This document shows positions 39,061-49,354 of a DNA stretch of 64,000 nt, in pieces; within the stretch, counting starts at the first letter, position 1, and each line of letters opens with the position of its first letter. The notes beneath the pieces were generated by a model. The model had not been told where the DNA came from. It did not search any database and saw only the letters and a list, made by a program, of their open reading frames with translations. This stretch comes from Escherichia coli (GTDB lineage Bacteria > Pseudomonadota > Gammaproteobacteria > Enterobacterales > Enterobacteriaceae). Made by a program: the position numbers and the translations under genes. The stretch is from the NCBI RefSeq assembly GCF_044324875.1, contig NZ_CP172185.1; one strand, 5' to 3'.

Positions 39061-39663
39061 TTAATGCGCATTAGCATTCTGGCTAAAATCTATTATTGGT
39101 GCTTTACTCACAGCTGCGACGTCATCCGGCAAATAATTTTTCTTCGGTGTGTAATCCATGACCTTTGCGGTTAATACAGCGGGGAATTTGCGGATAGTGA
39201 CATTATATTGTTCAATGGCTTTAATATATCTTCCTCGCGCAACGGCAATTCTATTTTCACTTCCTTCGAGCTGTACCATTAAATTTTGATAGAGTTCCTG
39301 AGCTTTTAAATCAGGGTAACGTTCACTAATTATCGTTAACTGACCGAGAGTGCGAGACACCTGCGCCTGGGCTTGTTGCCAGGCTTGTAATTTTTGCGCA
39401 TCTCCCGGAGCTTGCTGAAGATCGCTACTGGCGCGATTAGCCTGGCTACGTGCCAATGTTACGGCTTCCAGTACCTCTTGTTCATGGCTGGAATAACCTT
39501 TAATACTGGCGACAAGATTAGGAATAAGATCGGCGCGACGTTGATATTGATTCAATACCTCAGACCAGGAGGCGTTAACCTGCTCATCATAGGTTTGAAT
39601 ATCGTTATATCCACAGCCTGATAAATTGGCAATAAATATAATTACGATGAATATCCTGAGCAT
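39061..39663 (-). CDS. lemA: LemA-family lipoprotein
   Basis: 200-aa ORF with lipoprotein signal (LSGC lipobox) and LemA-like helical body; first gene of a four-gene minus-strand operon. Confidence 0.75.
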   Translation of the reverse strand: MLRIFIVIIFIANLSGCGYNDIQTYDEQVNASWSEVLNQYQRRADLIPNLVASIKGYSSHEQEVLEAVTLARSQANRASSDLQQAPGDAQKLQAWQQAQAQVSRTLGQLTIISERYPDLKAQELYQNLMVQLEGSENRIAVARGRYIKAIEQYNVTIRKFPAVLTAKVMDYTPKKNYLPDDVAAVSKAPIIDFSQNANAH

Positions 39664-39835
39664 GTCTATGTCCCTTTTAATTAATTCCTTAAAACATAAT
39701 ACGCCGCTTCATTTTATTCTTTATGATCTCATCCACTTTTTGCCTTAAACCTGCCTGTAACAGAATGTTAATAAGACATGATTGTTGTGGCAGGATCTGC
39801 AATAATTAACAATTATCCACTTCACAGAGAATGCT

Positions 39836-40507
39836 ATGCAGTACCCGATTAACGAGATGTTCCAGACCCTGCAAGGTGAGGGTTACTTTACCGGCGTCCC
39901 CGCCATTTTTATTCGTTTACAGGGATGCCCGGTTGGCTGTGCCTGGTGCGACACCAAACACACCTGGGAAAAGCTTGAGGATCGGGAAGTCTCCCTTTTC
40001 AGCATTCTGGCGAAGACCAAAGAGAGTGATAAGTGGGGGGCGGCGAGCAGTGAAGACTTGCTGGCTGTCATTGGTCGCCAGGGATACACCGCGCGGCATG
40101 TGGTGATTACGGGTGGTGAGCCTTGCATTCATGATTTGCTGCCACTGACTGACCTGCTCGAAAAGAACGGTTTTAGCTGCCAGATCGAAACCAGTGGTAC
40201 TCATGAGGTACGCTGCACACCGAATACCTGGGTTACCGTATCGCCAAAGCTGAACATGCGCGGCGGCTATGAAGTGTTGTCACAGGCACTGGAGCGAGCC
40301 AACGAAATCAAGCATCCAGTGGGACGCGTACGTGATATTGAAGCACTGGATGAACTACTGGCAACACTGACCGATGATAAACCGCGAGTCATTGCACTGC
40401 AGCCGATTAGCCAAAAGGATGATGCTACTCGTTTATGTATCGATACGTGCATTGCGCGCAACTGGCGTTTGTCGATGCAAACGCATAAATATTTAAATAT
40501 TGCCTGA
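39836..40507 (+). CDS. queE: 7-carboxy-7-deazaguanine synthase QueE (radical SAM)
   Basis: 223-aa ORF; MQYPINEMFQTLQGEGYFTGVPAIFIRLQGCPVGCAWCDTKHTW with CxxxCxxC-type radical-SAM cluster motif. Confidence 0.9.
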   Translation: MQYPINEMFQTLQGEGYFTGVPAIFIRLQGCPVGCAWCDTKHTWEKLEDREVSLFSILAKTKESDKWGAASSEDLLAVIGRQGYTARHVVITGGEPCIHDLLPLTDLLEKNGFSCQIETSGTHEVRCTPNTWVTVSPKLNMRGGYEVLSQALERANEIKHPVGRVRDIEALDELLATLTDDKPRVIALQPISQKDDATRLCIDTCIARNWRLSMQTHKYLNIA

Positions 40508-40559
40508 TTAAACATTTATAAGCGTTATAAATGGGTGGAACCTGTAAAGACTTCTACTC

Positions 40560-40845
40560 ATTTATATTCTTTGTCGCCTCTGAAAAACCTCCATTTTGCC
40601 CATCCTGAACTAATCATTATCATTCTCTACAAATTTTATGGCGTTAATTTTTCGTTGGAGTGAAAATTATTGCGGTGAAATTTGGTAGATTTTAGTTTGA
40701 ATAGAGTTATTTCAAATATTTATCTTTTTAATCAATGGATTAAATGCTCTTTAACATAATGGATGTGTTGTTTGTGTGATACTGTAAAGTTGGTAGATTG
40801 TGACTGGCTTAAAAAATCATTAATTAATAATAGGTTATGTTTAGA
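40560..40845 (+). promoter_or_regulatory. CRISPR leader (AT-rich)
   Basis: About 285 bp of AT-rich sequence ending ...TAGGTTATGTTTAGA immediately before the first repeat. Confidence 0.7.
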
Positions 40846-41118
40846 GAGTTCCCCGCGCCAGCGGGGATAAACCGCTTCATCTGTCGGGCTAACTGGACAA
40901 AGAAACGAGTTCCCCGCGCCAGCGGGGATAAACCGTCGGTTTGACATCAAAGAAGCCATCAATCAGGGAGTTCCCCGCGCCAGCGGGGATAAACCGGTCT
41001 GGCCATAGGAACAAAGAAATTTGTCTTTGAGTTCCCCACGTCAGCGGGGATAAACCGGACACAGAGCGCCGCTATAGCGCCTATGCCAAGAGTTCCCCGC
41101 GCCAGCGGGGATAAACCA
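40846..41118 (+). CRISPR. type I-E CRISPR array (CRISPR2.1 position), 5 repeats and 4 spacers
   Basis: 29-bp repeats GAGTTCCCCGCGCCAGCGGGGATAAACCG at 40846, 40907, 40968, 41029 (variant CCCCACGTCAG) and 41090 (terminal, ends A); 32-bp spacers at 40875-40906, 40936-40967, 40997-41028, 41058-41089. Confidence 0.95.
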
Positions 41119-41571
41119 CCATATAACCCGTTATCTCTTTCTCAAGTTTTTATATTAGCAGTACTTGTAATAAGCAACATATCCACGTAACACCTCATGT
41201 TCAAAATAGTTCTCCATGCCAGAGAAGTTCACAATTATCGATACAAAAAATTAAATTTAATCAAAGTGTTATTTGTATGATTCTTAAATCGTTAAGAAAT
41301 TTTAATATATTATTTTTTTAATATTAATTAATGCCTGTTAATTTTTTCTTTAGAATAACAGTGTATTTTTTAAGCTTATTATTCATTGATTAAGTAATAA
41401 ATCTGGAAATTTGTCTTTGTTTTGAGGCTAATGAGTGATTTTACATAATCGCCTCTATACGCTGTTGATGAATAGTTCTTATGAATAAAGATATCCAGTT
41501 CATACTTTAAGTGAAAATTGATAAAGTGCGATTCGTATTGTCTTTTATTCTAAAGACATCGAGTGTAGTTA

Positions 41572-41709
41572 ATATTCCTTGTAAAAACAGGGATAAACCG
41601 AACTAGTTAAAGTTTTTATTATGTTCCCTGCATCAGCGGGGATAAACCGGACTTGTTATCATTTTTTAAGTTGTCGAACTTATGTTCCCCGCGTCAGCGG
41701 GGATAACCA
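41572..41709 (+). CRISPR. degenerate CRISPR remnant (CRISPR2.2-3-like)
   Basis: Three decayed repeat-like units ending GGGGATAAACCG (41572-41600, 41621-41649, 41682-41709, the last with a 1-bp deletion); intervening segments of 20 and 32 bp; AT-rich leader-like region upstream. Confidence 0.6.
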
Positions 41710-41755
41710 TTCAGGTATGTTCAGGCCGGGCAGTTTCCCGCCCGGTCTTCCTCAC

Positions 41756-43234
41756 TTACGCATTCGACCAGCTCTGGATCGAATCTTCATTCCCCAGCTC
41801 ACCATGCATCACTTCATACGATTTTTTCAGGATCACATCAGTGTGTTTGGTTAGGTCTTTGAAAATGCCTTTATTCATCGCGTTGTAGCGTTTGGCGTTG
41901 CTCTCAACAGGCATAAAGATATCTTTCACGCGAACCATTTTGTCGACAGCCGTTGCGTAATCCGGGTATAGCCCCAGACCTACCGCCGTATTAATCGCTG
42001 CCCCCAGGCTTGCACAACCATTAATGGCGTTACGGCGTGCCGGAAGGTTGAACACGTCGGCAAAAATCTGCATAAACAGATCGCTGTTCGAACCGCCGCC
42101 AGTAATGATCACATGCTTTGCAAAGTGATTCATTTCATTACACATATTGTCGTAATTGTTCTTCAGCGTCAGCGCCACGCTTTCCAGTATCGAACGATAT
42201 ATCCATGCGTAATCCATGCTGGAATCAAAGCCAATCATAATCCCGCGTTTGTACGGTTCCCACGGATTGGTCAGCCAGTCCAGCACCGTCATCAGACCAT
42301 TACAGCCTGGCGGCACACAAGAAGCTTTTTTGTTGAGTAAATCTTCCGGTGAAAGATCCTGCGCCCTGGCATCCTGAATTAACGACTCGCCTAGCATGTC
42401 GCGCAGCCAGCTCACCGTCCACATGCCTTTGCGAATACCGTAACCTTCATACAGCAAGGTTTGCGGAATAGAAGACATAATCGGCCAGTACGCTACCGGA
42501 TCTTTCGGCAGTACTTTGCCGTTCATCATCAACGCGATGTAAGTGCCAAGAGAAATTACCGCAGTTTCATCATCCAGTAACCCGGCTCCCAGTGCTTCTA
42601 CCGGTTTATCACTGGTGGTACAAACAACCGGCAGCCCAGCCGGGAAATGTGTCGCCAGCGCGGCTTGAGGAGTGATATGCCCAAGAACAGTGCCCGGCAT
42701 TTGCACATCAAACAGCATATGACGGGGGATATTAAACTTCTCCATGACTGCGGCATCTTCACTCCATGCCCAGGTCTTATAATCCACCGGCCACTGACCA
42801 AAATAGTTGGCGATATTGTCTTTAAACTCGCCGGTTAAGCGATGCGTCAGATAACCCGAAAAAGAGGTGACATATGCCACGTCAGGATTCGTATGTTCGT
42901 AAGGGCGTGTAACGCGTGCATCCTGCCAGCTAATCAACGGCGCAGCTGGCGTGCCATCGGCTTTCAATAACGCACGGCAGCAACGGATGGATCCCAGACC
43001 AATACCGACAATATCTTCTTTATTTCCGGCAAACTGACTCATCAAATCGTGACCGGCAAAGCATAATGATGCCCATAAATCGTCGTCAGGATGTTCTGCG
43101 GTATCGGCATCTGGCGTGTGCATCGGCTGCAATAAGCCTTTGCCTTCGCAAACCACATTACCTTCCAGATCGTACATCACCACTTTTGTGCTCTGACTTC
43201 CACCATCAATCCCTATGATGTATTTTTTCGACAT
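41756..43234 (-). CDS. ygcE: FGGY-family carbohydrate kinase YgcE
   Basis: 492-aa ORF beginning MSKKYIIGIDGGSQSTKVVMYD. Confidence 0.85.
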   Translation of the reverse strand: MSKKYIIGIDGGSQSTKVVMYDLEGNVVCEGKGLLQPMHTPDADTAEHPDDDLWASLCFAGHDLMSQFAGNKEDIVGIGLGSIRCCRALLKADGTPAAPLISWQDARVTRPYEHTNPDVAYVTSFSGYLTHRLTGEFKDNIANYFGQWPVDYKTWAWSEDAAVMEKFNIPRHMLFDVQMPGTVLGHITPQAALATHFPAGLPVVCTTSDKPVEALGAGLLDDETAVISLGTYIALMMNGKVLPKDPVAYWPIMSSIPQTLLYEGYGIRKGMWTVSWLRDMLGESLIQDARAQDLSPEDLLNKKASCVPPGCNGLMTVLDWLTNPWEPYKRGIMIGFDSSMDYAWIYRSILESVALTLKNNYDNMCNEMNHFAKHVIITGGGSNSDLFMQIFADVFNLPARRNAINGCASLGAAINTAVGLGLYPDYATAVDKMVRVKDIFMPVESNAKRYNAMNKGIFKDLTKHTDVILKKSYEVMHGELGNEDSIQSWSNA

Positions 43235-43260
43235 GATTTTTCTCCTGTAATTTTCTGGAC

Positions 43261-44538
43261 TTACTTGCTGCTAGCCATAGCAGGGGCGCTATCAGCAGTA
43301 CGAATTTTTTGGAACAGCAAAAAGGTAAAGACGATCACCATGGCAAGCGCCGCCATGCCCATCAGCCACATATTGCGGTAGGCTTCTGCAGCGGGCAGGG
43401 TGTCTTGCCAGTAGCCGATAATCGGGTAAACGAAGACATCCGGCAGGAATCCAATCACCGAACAAATACCTACCGTGGTGCCCATAATGTAAGACGGTGT
43501 TCTCGCTTCGCCAGGGCAGGCCCAGTACAGCCCGCGTGAGGCGTAACAGGTGAATCCCAGCAGTAAAATCAGGCCAATCCCCATCGCGACCGATTGCGGG
43601 TTAGAGTTCGTGACGAGCAGGGCAGTTAACGCCAGCAAGCCGAGTACGGAAAGGATTTGGATCACGCGGGTAGGGGATTTCACTTTGCTGTAGGTGGTGA
43701 TAATGCCACCAAGTGGGCCGCACAGTGCGCGGAAGATTTTGTTGATCACAATCCCCATGTAGCTCGCCGCCACCAGCGACATGCCGTACATTTCGGTCAG
43801 ATAGTTGGTGGAGTAACTCAGAATGGCGTAGATGGTGAAGACACCAAAAATCACCATGCTGCAATACCAGGTGGTGCTGATGCGCAAAACAGCCAGGATG
43901 TCGCTAAGCTGGAATGACTGTTTTTCTTCGTTATTGGTATTGCACAGGTTGTTGTTATCGCTAACAAAAAACCAACACAAAATGCCCAGCAGAATGTAAA
44001 CCACACTATAGATAATAATGACCGTTTTCAGGCTGGCGCTGTCATCCGGTGCAAAGCGAGAAAAGACCCACATGGTAAACACCGCCAGCGACATTACACC
44101 GACGCCGCGCAGCCCTTCCATCCAGCCCATAATTTTCCCTTGCTCGCTATGATCGCCCAGCAACGAGGCGGCTTTAATCGACACCGACCACAGCATTAAA
44201 ATAGTGGTTATCGCAAAGGCGACCTGAATACAGAGCATTACCCACAGCGGTGGATATGTTGCCATTAACAGACCCAGTAATCCGGTAATGATCATCGCGG
44301 AAGTAATCATTTTGCGGTGTGAAAATTTATCGGCAATAACGCCGCTGGGGGCATAAAGAATAATAGCCGCAATACCAAAGGTACTCATTATTAAACCTAT
44401 CTCGGTATTGCTGAATCCCATAAATTTCGCCATGGGAATTTGATAAATATAACGTAAATAAGCCAGGTCGAAACTAACGCCGCCGCTAAAACTAATTATC
44501 GCGAGGGTTATCCAACGGCGATATGAGTTGTGTTGCAT
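43261..44538 (-). CDS. yqcE: MFS transporter YqcE
   Basis: 425-aa polytopic MFS ORF; synteny. Confidence 0.8.
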   Translation of the reverse strand: MQHNSYRRWITLAIISFSGGVSFDLAYLRYIYQIPMAKFMGFSNTEIGLIMSTFGIAAIILYAPSGVIADKFSHRKMITSAMIITGLLGLLMATYPPLWVMLCIQVAFAITTILMLWSVSIKAASLLGDHSEQGKIMGWMEGLRGVGVMSLAVFTMWVFSRFAPDDSASLKTVIIIYSVVYILLGILCWFFVSDNNNLCNTNNEEKQSFQLSDILAVLRISTTWYCSMVIFGVFTIYAILSYSTNYLTEMYGMSLVAASYMGIVINKIFRALCGPLGGIITTYSKVKSPTRVIQILSVLGLLALTALLVTNSNPQSVAMGIGLILLLGFTCYASRGLYWACPGEARTPSYIMGTTVGICSVIGFLPDVFVYPIIGYWQDTLPAAEAYRNMWLMGMAALAMVIVFTFLLFQKIRTADSAPAMASSK

Positions 44539-44856
44539 ATCGTATTCCCATTTGTAATAGACAAAAAAAAGAGAAAAGTAAGCCGCCCTTTCAGGTGGAT
44601 TACTTTTCTCAGGTCTCTAGTAATTGCAATAAGAAATAACATGGAAAGCAGTGGTGTTGTGTGAGAGTAATCACGCTTCTGCTTTTTAAAATTATTTGAC
44701 AATTCGAATATCACACTGTGATTACGATCACATTAGCGATTATGCCCTTATGATAAAAATTATCTCCAGTTACCAGAGATAATGAGAAAGGTAACTTCCC
44801 TCTCGCGGGGGAAGTTACCTTTCTTTTTTTTTGCCTTACGGAAATTGGAGCTAACT

Positions 44857-45642
44857 ATGTCAATCGAATCTCTCAATGCGTTCTCAATGGATTTTTTCTC
44901 CCTGAAAGGCAAAACCGCAATTGTTACCGGCGGGAATAGCGGTTTAGGCCAGGCATTTGCCATGGCGCTGGCCAAAGCAGGCGCAAATATCTTTATTCCA
45001 AGCTTCGTTAAAGATAACGGCGAAACAAAGGAAATGATTGAAAAACAGGGTGTTGAGGTGGACTTCATGCAGGTGGATATCACCGCAGAAGGCGCGCCGC
45101 AGAAGATAATCGCCGCCTGTTGCGAACGTTTCGGTACCGTCGATATTCTGATTAACAATGCCGGTATTTGTAAGCTGAATAAGGTGCTGGACTTCGGTCG
45201 TGCCGACTGGGACCCGATGATTGATGTGAACCTGACCGCCGCATTCGAGTTAAGCTATGAAGCTGCAAAAATTATGATCCCGCAGAAAAGCGGTAAAATC
45301 ATTAATATCTGTTCATTATTCTCTTACTTAGGTGGACAATGGTCACCTGCATATTCTGCCACTAAACATGCTCTTGCCGGATTCACCAAAGCTTATTGTG
45401 ATGAACTAGGTCAATATAATATTCAGGTAAATGGTATTGCCCCTGGCTATTATGCAACAGATATTACGCTGGCGACACGCAGTAATCCAGAAACTAATCA
45501 GCGCGTTCTTGATCATATTCCGGCAAACCGTTGGGGCGATACTCAGGATTTAATGGGCGCAGCCGTATTCCTCGCAAGTCCGGCTTCAAATTATGTTAAC
45601 GGGCATTTATTAGTGGTCGATGGCGGTTATTTAGTGCGCTAA
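44857..45642 (+). CDS. ygcW: short-chain dehydrogenase/reductase YgcW (KduD-like)
   Basis: ORF from 44782, but MSIESLNAF at 44857 with a GGAG RBS is preferred; TGGNSGLG Rossmann motif and YxxxK. Confidence 0.85.
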   Translation: MSIESLNAFSMDFFSLKGKTAIVTGGNSGLGQAFAMALAKAGANIFIPSFVKDNGETKEMIEKQGVEVDFMQVDITAEGAPQKIIAACCERFGTVDILINNAGICKLNKVLDFGRADWDPMIDVNLTAAFELSYEAAKIMIPQKSGKIINICSLFSYLGGQWSPAYSATKHALAGFTKAYCDELGQYNIQVNGIAPGYYATDITLATRSNPETNQRVLDHIPANRWGDTQDLMGAAVFLASPASNYVNGHLLVVDGGYLVR

Positions 45643-45711
45643 TCCATAACGGTGGTTTCTGTTTTCTCTTATTAATGATTATTCCATTTTTATTATCAGG
45701 AAGGAATTACT

Positions 45712-47166
45712 ATGTCTTTATCTCGCGCAGCGATTGTCGACCAGCTAAAGAAAATTGTTGGTGCAGATCGCGTAATTACCGATGAAACAGTATTAAAGAA
45801 GAACAGTATTGACCGTTTTCGCAAATTTCCGGATATTCATGGCATTTATACTTTGCCGATTCCGGCAGCGGTCGTAAAACTCGGTTCCACAGAACAAGTA
45901 TCCCGTGTGCTGAATTTTATGAATGCGCACAAAATTAACGGTGTGCCGCGTACCGGTGCTTCCGCTACCGAAGGTGGGCTGGAAACCGTTGTGGAAAACT
46001 CGGTGGTGCTCGACGGCTCTGCCATGAATCAAATCATTAATATTGATATTGAGAATATGCAGGCCACGGCGCAATGCGGAGTTCCGCTGGAAGTGCTGGA
46101 AAACGCGTTGCGTGAAAAAGGTTACACCACGGGGCATTCTCCGCAGTCAAAGCCGCTGGCGCAGATGGGCGGCCTGGTAGCAACCCGCAGTATCGGGCAG
46201 TTCTCCACACTCTACGGCGCAATCGAAGATATGGTCGTTGGTCTGGAAGCAGTATTGGCTGATGGCACCGTAACACGCATTAAAAACGTACCACGCCGCG
46301 CGGCAGGCCCGGACATTCGTCACATCATCATCGGCAACGAAGGTGCATTGTGCTATATCACTGAAGTAACAGTGAAAATCTTTAAGTTCACCCCGGAAAA
46401 CAACCTCTTCTACGGCTATATCCTGGAAGACATGAAAACCGGCTTCAACATCCTACGTGAAATCATGGTGGAAGGGTATCGTCCGTCGATCGCTCGTTTG
46501 TATGACGCTGAAGATGGCACCCAACACTTCACCCATTTTGCCGACGGAAAATGCGTGCTGATCTTTATGGCTGAAGGTAACCCTCGCATTGCGAAGGCGA
46601 CGGGCGAAGGGATTGCTGAAATCGTGGCACGTTACCCGCAATGCCAGCGAGTGGACAGCAAGCTGATCGAAACCTGGTTTAACAACCTGAACTGGGGACC
46701 GGATAAAGTAGCTGCCGAACGTGTGCAGATCCTCAAAACCGGCAACATGGGCTTTACCACCGAAGTGTCCGGCTGCTGGAGCTGCATTCACGAAATCTAC
46801 GAAAGCGTTATTAACCGTATTCGTACCGAGTTCCCGCACGCCGACGACATCACCATGCTGGGCGGTCACTCCTCTCATAGCTATCAGAACGGCACCAACA
46901 TGTACTTCGTCTACGACTACAACGTCGTTGACTGTAAGCCGGAAGAGGAAATCGACAAGTACCACAATCCGCTCAACAAAATCATCTGCGAAGAAACCAT
47001 TCGCCTCGGTGGTTCGATGGTGCACCACCACGGTATCGGTAAACATCGCGTTCACTGGAGCAAACTGGAACACGGCAGCGCGTGGGCGTTGCTGGAAGGG
47101 CTGAAAAAGCAGTTCGATCCTAACGGCATTATGAATACGGGTACTATCTATCCGATTGAAAAATAA
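45712..47166 (+). CDS. ygcU: FAD-linked oxidoreductase YgcU (GlcD / alkyl-DHAP synthase-like)
   Basis: 484-aa ORF with FAD-binding PCMH domain. Confidence 0.85.
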   Translation: MSLSRAAIVDQLKKIVGADRVITDETVLKKNSIDRFRKFPDIHGIYTLPIPAAVVKLGSTEQVSRVLNFMNAHKINGVPRTGASATEGGLETVVENSVVLDGSAMNQIINIDIENMQATAQCGVPLEVLENALREKGYTTGHSPQSKPLAQMGGLVATRSIGQFSTLYGAIEDMVVGLEAVLADGTVTRIKNVPRRAAGPDIRHIIIGNEGALCYITEVTVKIFKFTPENNLFYGYILEDMKTGFNILREIMVEGYRPSIARLYDAEDGTQHFTHFADGKCVLIFMAEGNPRIAKATGEGIAEIVARYPQCQRVDSKLIETWFNNLNWGPDKVAAERVQILKTGNMGFTTEVSGCWSCIHEIYESVINRIRTEFPHADDITMLGGHSSHSYQNGTNMYFVYDYNVVDCKPEEEIDKYHNPLNKIICEETIRLGGSMVHHHGIGKHRVHWSKLEHGSAWALLEGLKKQFDPNGIMNTGTIYPIEK

Positions 47167-47259
47167 TGTGTCAGGCAGCGTTCCGCGATGACGGAGCGTT
47201 GCCTTTTCGGCTTCTCAGGCGAGAAGCCGTTCTTATTACCGGACAATGAAGGGGTAAAG

Positions 47260-48597
47260 ATGAACACTTCACCGGTGCGAATGGATGATTTACCGCTTAA
47301 CCGTTTTCACTGTCGAATTGCTGCGCTCACTTTCGGCGCACACCTGACCGACGGTTATGTTCTAGGCGTCATTGGTTACGCCATTATTCAGCTTACGCCC
47401 GCCATGCAACTGACGCCGTTTATGGCGGGTATGATCGGCGGCTCGGCGCTCCTTGGTTTGTTTCTTGGCAGCCTGGTTCTTGGGTGGATCTCCGACCATA
47501 TTGGTCGGCAAAAAATCTTCACCTTCAGCTTTTTGCTGATTACGCTCGCTTCGTTCTTGCAATTTTTTGCCACCACGCCAGAGCATCTTATTGGATTGCG
47601 CATTTTGATCGGCATTGGTCTGGGAGGCGATTACTCAGTCGGTCACACCTTGCTGGCTGAATTTTCCCCGCGCCGCCATCGCGGTATTTTGCTGGGCGCA
47701 TTCAGTGTGGTGTGGACCGTAGGCTATGTGCTGGCAAGTATTGCCGGACATCACTTTATTACCGAAAGCCCGGAGGCCTGGCGCTGGCTGCTGGCATCAG
47801 CGGCGTTACCAGCCTTGCTGATTACGCTGCTACGTTGGGGCACGCCGGAATCGCCACGCTGGCTACTGCGCCAGGGGCGTTTTGCTGAAGCTCACGCTAT
47901 CGTGCATCGCTACTTTGGTCCCCATGTTTTACTGGGCGATGAAGTGGCAACGGCGACCCATAAACACATCAAAACATTGTTCTCTTCGCGCTACTGGCGG
48001 CGCACAGCGTTTAACAGCGTCTTCTTTGTCTGCCTCGTAATCCCATGGTTTGTGATTTATACCTGGCTGCCAACTATCGCCCAAACTATTGGTCTGGAAG
48101 ATGCGCTGACAGCCAGCCTGATGCTTAATGCGTTGTTAATTGTGGGCGCGCTGCTGGGATTAGTTCTGACGCACCTGCTGGCACATCGCAAATTTTTGCT
48201 GGGAAGTTTTTTGCTGCTGGCGGCAACGCTGGTCGTGATGGCCTGTTTGCCTTCCGGCAGTTCATTAACGCTGCTGCTTTTTGTTCTCTTCAGCACCACC
48301 ATTTCGGCAGTCAGTAATCTGGTGGGCATTTTGCCTGCGGAAAGTTTTCCTACTGACATTCGCTCGCTGGGCGTCGGTTTTGCCACCGCCATGAGTCGGT
48401 TGGGCGCGGCAGTAAGTACGGGCCTGCTGCCGTGGGTGCTGGCGCAGTGGGGAATGCAAGTCACCTTATTGCTCCTGGCGGCAGTGTTGTTGGTTGGTTT
48501 TGTCGTGACCTGGCTATGGGCACCAGAAACCAAAGCACTCCCGCTGGTGGCGGCGGGAAATGTAGGAGGTGCGAATGAACATTCTGTTAGCGTTTAA
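47260..48597 (+). CDS. ygcS: MFS sugar transporter YgcS
   Basis: ORF from 47188; start at MNTSPVRMDDLPLNRF (47260) preferred; 12-TM MFS. Confidence 0.8.
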   Translation: MNTSPVRMDDLPLNRFHCRIAALTFGAHLTDGYVLGVIGYAIIQLTPAMQLTPFMAGMIGGSALLGLFLGSLVLGWISDHIGRQKIFTFSFLLITLASFLQFFATTPEHLIGLRILIGIGLGGDYSVGHTLLAEFSPRRHRGILLGAFSVVWTVGYVLASIAGHHFITESPEAWRWLLASAALPALLITLLRWGTPESPRWLLRQGRFAEAHAIVHRYFGPHVLLGDEVATATHKHIKTLFSSRYWRRTAFNSVFFVCLVIPWFVIYTWLPTIAQTIGLEDALTASLMLNALLIVGALLGLVLTHLLAHRKFLLGSFLLLAATLVVMACLPSGSSLTLLLFVLFSTTISAVSNLVGILPAESFPTDIRSLGVGFATAMSRLGAAVSTGLLPWVLAQWGMQVTLLLLAAVLLVGFVVTWLWAPETKALPLVAAGNVGGANEHSVSV

Positions 48598-49354
48598 AGC
48601 CGAACCGGATGTCGGAATGCTGGCGGAAAAAGAGTGGCAGGCGGCGGCTCAGGGTAATAGCGGACCGGATGTTTCGCTTCTGCGAAGTTTACTCGGTGCT
48701 GATGAACAGGCTGCCGCCGCGCTGCTGTTGGCGCAGAGAAAAAACGGTACGTCGATGTCTTTAACCGCGTTGAGCATGGGGGATGAACGGGCGTTGCACT
48801 GGCTGCGCTATCTCATGGCTCTTGGGTTTGAGGAAGCTGTATTGCTGGAGACGGTGGCAGATCTGCGCTTTGCGCCGGAATTTGTCGCTCGCCATATTGC
48901 CGAATGGCAGCGTCAGAATCCGCTGGATCTGATAATTACCGGCTGCCAAAGCAGCGAAGGGCAGAATGGGCAAACGCCATTTTTGCTGGCGGAAATGCTG
49001 GGCTGGCCCTGCTTCACCCAGGTGGAGCGTTTTACTCTCGACGCGCCGTTTATCACCCTTGAACAGCGTACTGAAAACGGGCTGCGCTGTTGCCGGGTTC
49101 GCTTGCCTGCGGTGATTGCCGTGCGTCAGTGCGGTGAAGTGGCCTTGCCAGTACCGGGAATGCGTCAGCGAATGGCGGCGGGGAAAGCAGCAATTATCCG
49201 TAAAACTGTTGCTGCCGAATTGCCAGCGATGCTGTGTCTGCAACTGGCAAGAGCAGAGCAACAACGCGGAGCGACGCTGATTGATGGGCAAACGGTAGCA
49301 GAAAAAGCGCAAAAGCTATGGCAGGACTATTTACGCCAAAGGATGCAGCCATGA
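48575..49354 (+). CDS. ygcR: electron-transfer flavoprotein beta-subunit-like YgcR (FixA-like)
   Basis: ETF-beta-like ORF; overlaps the ygcS 3' end by 23 bp. Confidence 0.8.
   Translation: MNILLAFKAEPDVGMLAEKEWQAAAQGNSGPDVSLLRSLLGADEQAAAALLLAQRKNGTSMSLTALSMGDERALHWLRYLMALGFEEAVLLETVADLRFAPEFVARHIAEWQRQNPLDLIITGCQSSEGQNGQTPFLLAEMLGWPCFTQVERFTLDAPFITLEQRTENGLRCCRVRLPAVIAVRQCGEVALPVPGMRQRMAAGKAAIIRKTVAAELPAMLCLQLARAEQQRGATLIDGQTVAEKAQKLWQDYLRQRMQP

Noticed and set aside
41572-41709. Treating the second repeat cluster as an active CRISPR array
   Set aside because: Repeats are substantially degenerate (about 18/29 match in the first unit, 1-bp deletion in the last) and one spacer is only 20 bp; it is better regarded as a decayed remnant.
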